This document shows positions 27,432-32,000 of a DNA stretch of 32,000 bases, piece by piece. This DNA comes from Blochmannia endosymbiont of Camponotus modoc (GTDB taxonomy: Bacteria > Pseudomonadota > Gammaproteobacteria > Enterobacterales > Enterobacteriaceae). Numbering within the stretch: the first letter of the stretch is position 1; each line of letters begins with the position of its first letter. A program made the position numbers and the translations under genes. The notes beneath the pieces were generated by a model. The model made no database searches. It was not told the origin of the DNA and saw nothing but the letters and a program-made list of their open reading frames with translations. The DNA lies in the NCBI RefSeq assembly GCF_023585785.1, contig NZ_CP097765.1, positions 180,001 to 212,000 on the forward strand, in the 5' to 3' direction.

Positions 27432-29282
27432 ATGAAGTCCAATGGTCGTCAAATTTTTCATAATTATTCAGCTGAGTCGTTGTTGTTTGCGCGTCGTATA
27501 ACAATTGCATCTGTTTTTGTGTTATTGATTATTAGCATTTTATTTATTCATCTATATCAAATACAGATAATTCATTTTGATATGTATACTACTCGTTCTA
27601 ATGAAAATCGTATTAAGATTATTCCTATTCCTCCTAAAAGGGGAATTATTTATGATCGTAATGGAATAGCTTTAGCATTAAATCGTACTATTTACCAATT
27701 AGAAATAGTTCCAGAACATGCAACTGATTTAAGCCATACGATTCATGAGTTGAAATTATTACTAAATTTAAGTGATCATGATATAGAATGTTTTGAAAAA
27801 ACTCGGAAACGTTCTACCCAATTCGTTTCGTTGCCTATCAAAATTGATTTAACGGAAGAACAACAAGCTCGATTTGCTGTTAATAGGTTTAGGTTTTCCG
27901 GGGTAACAATCAAAAGTTATCAACGTCGTTACTATCCTTATGGATCCGATGTAACTCATGTTATCGGATACGTCGCTAAAATTAACGGGGAAGATATAAA
28001 AAGATTGAATAAGCAGGGTATTTTGGGTAAGTATGTTGCAGCTCCTAATATAGGAAAATTAGGTATTGAACGCTATTATGAAAATATTCTACATGGGACG
28101 CCAGGATATGGAGCTGTAGAAATAAATAATCGCGGAAAAGTGATTAGAGAATTATATAAAAAATCTCCGATACCAGGAAAAAATATTATTTTAACATTAG
28201 ATCTGAATTTACAACAGTACATTATAAAGTTATTAGTAGGAAATAGGTCTTCTGTAATAGTTGTTGACCCTCGCAACGGAGGAATTCAAGCTTTAATTTC
28301 GCATCCTAGTTATAATCCAAACTTGTTTGTTAACGGTATCTCCAATACAGAATATAGCATTTTATTAAAGGATAACAATTGTCCTTTACTTAATCGTGCC
28401 ACCCAAGGGATGTACCCTCCTGCATCTACAGTAAAACCTTATATTTCTGTATCTGCTTTAACATTAGGGGTGATTAATCAGAATTTTTTGTTTTCTGATC
28501 CTGGTTGGTGGCAATTACCTGGTTCAGAAAAACGTTTTCGTGATTGGAAGCGTTGGGGGCATGGCGAACTAAATATTACGAAAGCTCTTGAAGAATCTTC
28601 TGATACTTTTTTTTATCAAATAGCCTACAAAATGGGAATAGATAATTTATCAGAATGGATGAATAAATTTGGATATGGTAGATATACTGGCATCGATCTA
28701 TTCGAAGAATTAACTGGTGTGATGCCGACCAAGGCATGGAAAATACAACGTTTTAAGCAACCATGGTATCAAGGAGATACGATACCGGTAGGAATTGGGC
28801 AAGGGTATTGGACTGCTACTCCTATACAAATGTCTAAAGCTTTAATTACTTTAATTAATGACGGTAACGTGCGCATTCCACATTTACTTGATAGTGTTTT
28901 ATTAGAAAAAAATTGTGTTCCATACCATCAAACGGAATGTAATCAAGTAGGTGACCCAAAATCAAATGTATGGAAAATCGCTAAAGATGGAATGTTCGGA
29001 GCAGCTAATCGTCCAAATGGCACAGTAAGTAGGAGTTTTTTTGGCGCTTCATATAAAGCAGCAGCGAAATCTGGTACAGCACAATTATTTAATTTAAAAA
29101 GTAACCAAAATTATGATCCAAGCAAGATTTCTGAATCTCTTAGGGATCATAAATTGATGACTGCTTTCGCTCCATACGAAAATCCCACGGTAGCTGTGGT
29201 AGTAATTTTAGAAAACGCTAGGATTGGAGTATCAATAGGATCAATTACAAGAAAAATATTTGATTATATTTTATTGCAATAA
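27432..29282 (+). CDS. mrdA: peptidoglycan D,D-transpeptidase PBP2
   Basis: 616 aa. TRSNENRIKIIPIPPKRGIIYDRNGIALALNRTIYQ, the active-site motif PPASTVKPY (SxxK), AAKSGTAQ (KSG) and RDHKLMTAFAPYENP are collinear with E. coli PBP2. Confidence 0.96.
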   Translation: MKSNGRQIFHNYSAESLLFARRITIASVFVLLIISILFIHLYQIQIIHFDMYTTRSNENRIKIIPIPPKRGIIYDRNGIALALNRTIYQLEIVPEHATDLSHTIHELKLLLNLSDHDIECFEKTRKRSTQFVSLPIKIDLTEEQQARFAVNRFRFSGVTIKSYQRRYYPYGSDVTHVIGYVAKINGEDIKRLNKQGILGKYVAAPNIGKLGIERYYENILHGTPGYGAVEINNRGKVIRELYKKSPIPGKNIILTLDLNLQQYIIKLLVGNRSSVIVVDPRNGGIQALISHPSYNPNLFVNGISNTEYSILLKDNNCPLLNRATQGMYPPASTVKPYISVSALTLGVINQNFLFSDPGWWQLPGSEKRFRDWKRWGHGELNITKALEESSDTFFYQIAYKMGIDNLSEWMNKFGYGRYTGIDLFEELTGVMPTKAWKIQRFKQPWYQGDTIPVGIGQGYWTATPIQMSKALITLINDGNVRIPHLLDSVLLEKNCVPYHQTECNQVGDPKSNVWKIAKDGMFGAANRPNGTVSRSFFGASYKAAAKSGTAQLFNLKSNQNYDPSKISESLRDHKLMTAFAPYENPTVAVVVILENARIGVSIGSITRKIFDYILLQ

Positions 29283-29345
29283 ATAAACATTGAATTGAGT
29301 TTTTTTTATTTATTTTGTTAATCTAACTAATTATCGTAATGCATC

Positions 29346-30458
29346 ATGAGTCAAATTATTTGGAAAAATTCATTATGGAATAAATACCATATTGATTTAA
29401 CATTATTTCTGTTGATTATTTGTTTATTATTATACGGAACGTTCATAATGTGGAGCGCGTGTGGTCAAAATTTTGAAATGATGCGACTAAAAGTGTTTCA
29501 AATTATAGGAGGGTTATTGTTGATGTTTTTTTTAGCACAAGTTCCACCCAGAGCTTATGAATTTTGGACGCCGTATATATATTTTTTATGTCTTATATTA
29601 TTAATATCAGTCAATATAAATGGTCAAATTAGCAAAGGAGCTCAACGTTGGTTAGATTTTGGTATCATAAGATTTCAACCATCAGAAATAGTTAAGATTT
29701 CTGTTTTGCTCATGGTAGCGCGTTATATTGATAAAGAGCAGCATCCTCCATCCTTAAAAAATGTTGGTATCGTACTATTATTAATTATGATTCCTACCAT
29801 ATTTATGTTGTTACAACCAGATTTAGGCACAGCAATTTTAACAGTTAGTTCTGGATTTTTTGCACTATTTTTATCTGGAATTAGTTGGAAATTAATTGTG
29901 TTTACATTATTACTCATGGGTTTATTTGCTCCTATATTTTGGTTTTTTTGTATGCACGATTATCAGCGCTCTAGAATAGAGATATTATTACATCCAGAAA
30001 TCGATCCGCAAGGCGCTGGGTATCATATTATTCAGTCAAAAATTGCTATCGGTTCAGGGGGTTTCACTGGGAAAGGATGGCTACATGGGACACAATCACA
30101 GTTAGAATTTTTACCAGAACGTCATACTGATTTTATTTTTTCAGTGATAGGAGAAGAACTAGGATTTTTTGGGGTATTAATATTATTGTTACTATATTTA
30201 GGGATTATACTGCGTGGACTCCTTATTGCTGTTAACACGCAGCATATGTTTGGGCGATTAATTATTGGAAGTTTTATGTTAGTATTGTTTATGTATATAT
30301 TCGTAAATATTGGTATGGTTAGCGGGCTACTACCAATAGTGGGTATTCCGTTGCCATTAATAAGTTATGGTGGTTCATCTCTATTAGTATTAATGGCAGG
30401 GTTTGGCATTGTTATGTCAATAAATGGACACAGAAAAATGATTTCTAAAATCTTATGA
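29346..30458 (+). CDS. mrdB: SEDS peptidoglycan glycosyltransferase RodA
   Basis: 370 aa, the same length as E. coli RodA. SKGAQRWLDFGIIRFQPSEIVKI, GAGYHIIQSKIAIGSGG, GTQSQLEFLPERHTDFIF and PLPLISYGGSS are conserved. Confidence 0.96.
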   Translation: MSQIIWKNSLWNKYHIDLTLFLLIICLLLYGTFIMWSACGQNFEMMRLKVFQIIGGLLLMFFLAQVPPRAYEFWTPYIYFLCLILLISVNINGQISKGAQRWLDFGIIRFQPSEIVKISVLLMVARYIDKEQHPPSLKNVGIVLLLIMIPTIFMLLQPDLGTAILTVSSGFFALFLSGISWKLIVFTLLLMGLFAPIFWFFCMHDYQRSRIEILLHPEIDPQGAGYHIIQSKIAIGSGGFTGKGWLHGTQSQLEFLPERHTDFIFSVIGEELGFFGVLILLLLYLGIILRGLLIAVNTQHMFGRLIIGSFMLVLFMYIFVNIGMVSGLLPIVGIPLPLISYGGSSLLVLMAGFGIVMSINGHRKMISKIL

Positions 30459-30534
30459 ATTAGCAAACGCTATATAATAAGTTATCAACTTTATTATATA
30501 CATATTATTAATTTTGCTAAAATTTTAAGAATCT

Positions 30535-30575
30535 AAAAAAAATGACACAAGTATATATGTACTTGGTTATTTTTT
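30535..30575. terminator. candidate bidirectional terminator between the convergent mrdB and DMT-transporter genes
   Basis: An A8 run (30535-30542) precedes an imperfect hairpin, and a T6 run (30570-30575) follows it. The hairpin core is caagta 30548-30553 / tacttg 30560-30565, and it extends with one bulge through the A and T runs. This A-run/hairpin/T-run geometry could terminate transcription from both directions. Confidence 0.4.
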
Positions 30576-30915
30576 CAAAAAAATTAAAATAATAATAATT
30601 AATATAAATGCAATAATTTAATATCAATAATATTAAGAAATAATATGATGTTATGGGTTCATGTGCACATAATCTAATCAATATGTAATTATATTAAATG
30701 GGTAAATAAAGATGCGTTATTAACAGATTTGAACTTATATAAATAATAAATGTATTAAATGATTGTATGTATGAGTATTGTCATCGTTTATTATTGATTA
30801 TAGTTAATTTGGTGCATATATGAGTTTTATTTGTTGTACATTAAAATGACATGCTCTGTTTTAAAAATTCTTCTAATTATTTATTTAAAAATCAATAATT
30901 TTTTTAAAAATTATT

Positions 30916-31857
30916 TTAGTGTGTGTTCTTACGAATTTGCATGATACATGTAACTCCAGAAATTAGTAAGAACATTCCAATTAAAATTAAGGGAGATGGC
31001 CATAATTGTTGATGTATGCATGAATATATTAAACCTGCTACAGTTTCCACCACAATTAATGGTCCTATTAATGTTGTTGGCAATCTTTGGCTAGCTTCGT
31101 TCCAAAAGAATGTGCCTAACCAAGAACAACAGAATCCAATTAATACCATCAAAAAAATAAAAAAAATTGGTCTAGGCCCGAAGGGTAATGCAAATTCATC
31201 TTGAATCAGATCTGAACAGCAGATACATACAAAAAAATAAACGAGACACGATAGTGGTAATGTAACCATTCCTTGTGCATTAGCCCAAGTCATAGGCTTA
31301 TTGTGTGGATGTGTTTTTAACCAATGTGCATTCCTTAATGCGTACCATGTCCAACATAAAACGGAAACAATTGCTAAAATTATTCCGCTTGCGTATTGCC
31401 ATATATTAAGTATAAAGAATTCAGATCGCAATTCAGAAATGTTTACACATAATAAGCCCGTTCCCATTAGACACAATGATATCAGCAAAGTATGATTTGG
31501 TAATTTTTGTTCATTAGGAGAAATGATATGTGTTGTTACAGTTAACATTAGAGGTAATGTGCCGATAATAGCGGTTGAAATTGGAACACCGATGCGTTGA
31601 ATAGCACTTGTTAAACAAGTATAATATACTAGATGACCTGTTAAAACTAATTTTATTGCTTCTAACCAATCTTTTAATAATAATTTGCGTAAACGTGCTC
31701 TATCATACCATGATAGTGGCAATGAAATTAATCCAAACGCAATATAACGACCCGATGCTTGTAATATACTGGGGTATTCTGGTATTAATAAAGGACCTAT
31801 AAAAATCAATCCCCATAATAATCCTGAGATTACAGCAAAAACAATTCCTAATATCAT
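30916..31857 (-). CDS. EamA/DMT-superfamily inner-membrane transporter (resembles E. coli YtfF as I recall it)
   Basis: 313 aa with about 10 predicted hydrophobic helices arranged as two EamA-like halves. The N-terminus MILGIVFAVISGLLWGLIFIGPLLIPEYPSILQASGRYIAFGLISLP, plus WTWYALRNAHWLK and LPFGPRP, resemble the YtfF family. That assignment is from memory and is not verified. Confidence 0.75.
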   Translation of the reverse strand: MILGIVFAVISGLLWGLIFIGPLLIPEYPSILQASGRYIAFGLISLPLSWYDRARLRKLLLKDWLEAIKLVLTGHLVYYTCLTSAIQRIGVPISTAIIGTLPLMLTVTTHIISPNEQKLPNHTLLISLCLMGTGLLCVNISELRSEFFILNIWQYASGIILAIVSVLCWTWYALRNAHWLKTHPHNKPMTWANAQGMVTLPLSCLVYFFVCICCSDLIQDEFALPFGPRPIFFIFLMVLIGFCCSWLGTFFWNEASQRLPTTLIGPLIVVETVAGLIYSCIHQQLWPSPLILIGMFLLISGVTCIMQIRKNTH

Positions 31858-32000
31858 GATATTTTTATTATACTAATGAAATATGCTCGATACTATTATT
31901 TATTAGAAATCTATTTTTATTAAATCAAAAGTATATATTATCAAGTATACACATTTTCATTAAACCATTTTATATGAATTATTTAATTAAGACTGATTTA

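Noticed and set aside
30471-30500. 10-bp all-A:T inverted repeat (tatataataa / ttattatata) with a 10-nt loop just after the mrdB stop
   Set aside because: The stem is all A:T, the loop is large and there is no U tract. It is of a size expected by chance in this composition. The A8/hairpin/T6 structure at 30535-30575 is the better terminator candidate.
31016-31802. Three + strand ORFs of 62-64 aa (31016..31204, 31301..31495, 31608..31802)
   Set aside because: All three lie antisense within the DMT transporter gene and are shadow ORFs.

Overview
This is a strongly AT-rich, gene-dense stretch of a reduced Enterobacterales genome. Protein sequences and gene order fit an insect endosymbiont of the Blochmannia type, though I cannot confirm the taxon without a database search.

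The window is collinear with the E. coli K-12 mrdB...leuS...lnt...ubiF/tRNA...nagAB...glnS...fldA...pgm...sdhCDAB-sucA region, in inverted orientation. Many genes are deleted at their syntenic positions: gltA, seqA, fur, nagE/nagC/nagD/asnB, four tRNAs, miaB, nadD, rlmH and rlpA/dacA.

I can support 22 intact housekeeping CDS:
- sucA (partial), sdhB, sdhA, sdhD, sdhC, pgm, ybfF, fldA, glnS, nagB, nagA
- ybeZ, ybeY, corC, lnt, leuS, lptE, holA, rsfS, mrdA, mrdB
- one EamA/DMT-family transporter

There is also a three-gene tRNA operon (Met-CAU, Leu-UAG, Gln-UUG), one frameshifted gene (ubiF) and several stem-loops or terminators.

I see no transposase, integrase, phage gene, CRISPR array, toxin-antitoxin pair, defence-like cassette or multi-gene block of unknown function. 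Every ORF over 100 aa has an obvious core-genome orthologue, so I do not think a novel protein-coding system is present.

The points worth a second look are:
1. ubiF is broken exactly inside an A10 homopolymer but is otherwise intact, which makes it a candidate for rescue by transcriptional slippage.
2. Four perfect 14-16 bp hairpins lie only in spacers, and one of them sits in a divergent promoter region with no gene to terminate.
3. Large gene-free spacers look like decay relics, including a possible gltA remnant.
4. There are smaller oddities: tRNA genes without encoded CCA, a doubtful lptE start codon, substitutions in the LeuRS editing motif, and an extended sdhC/sdhD overlap.
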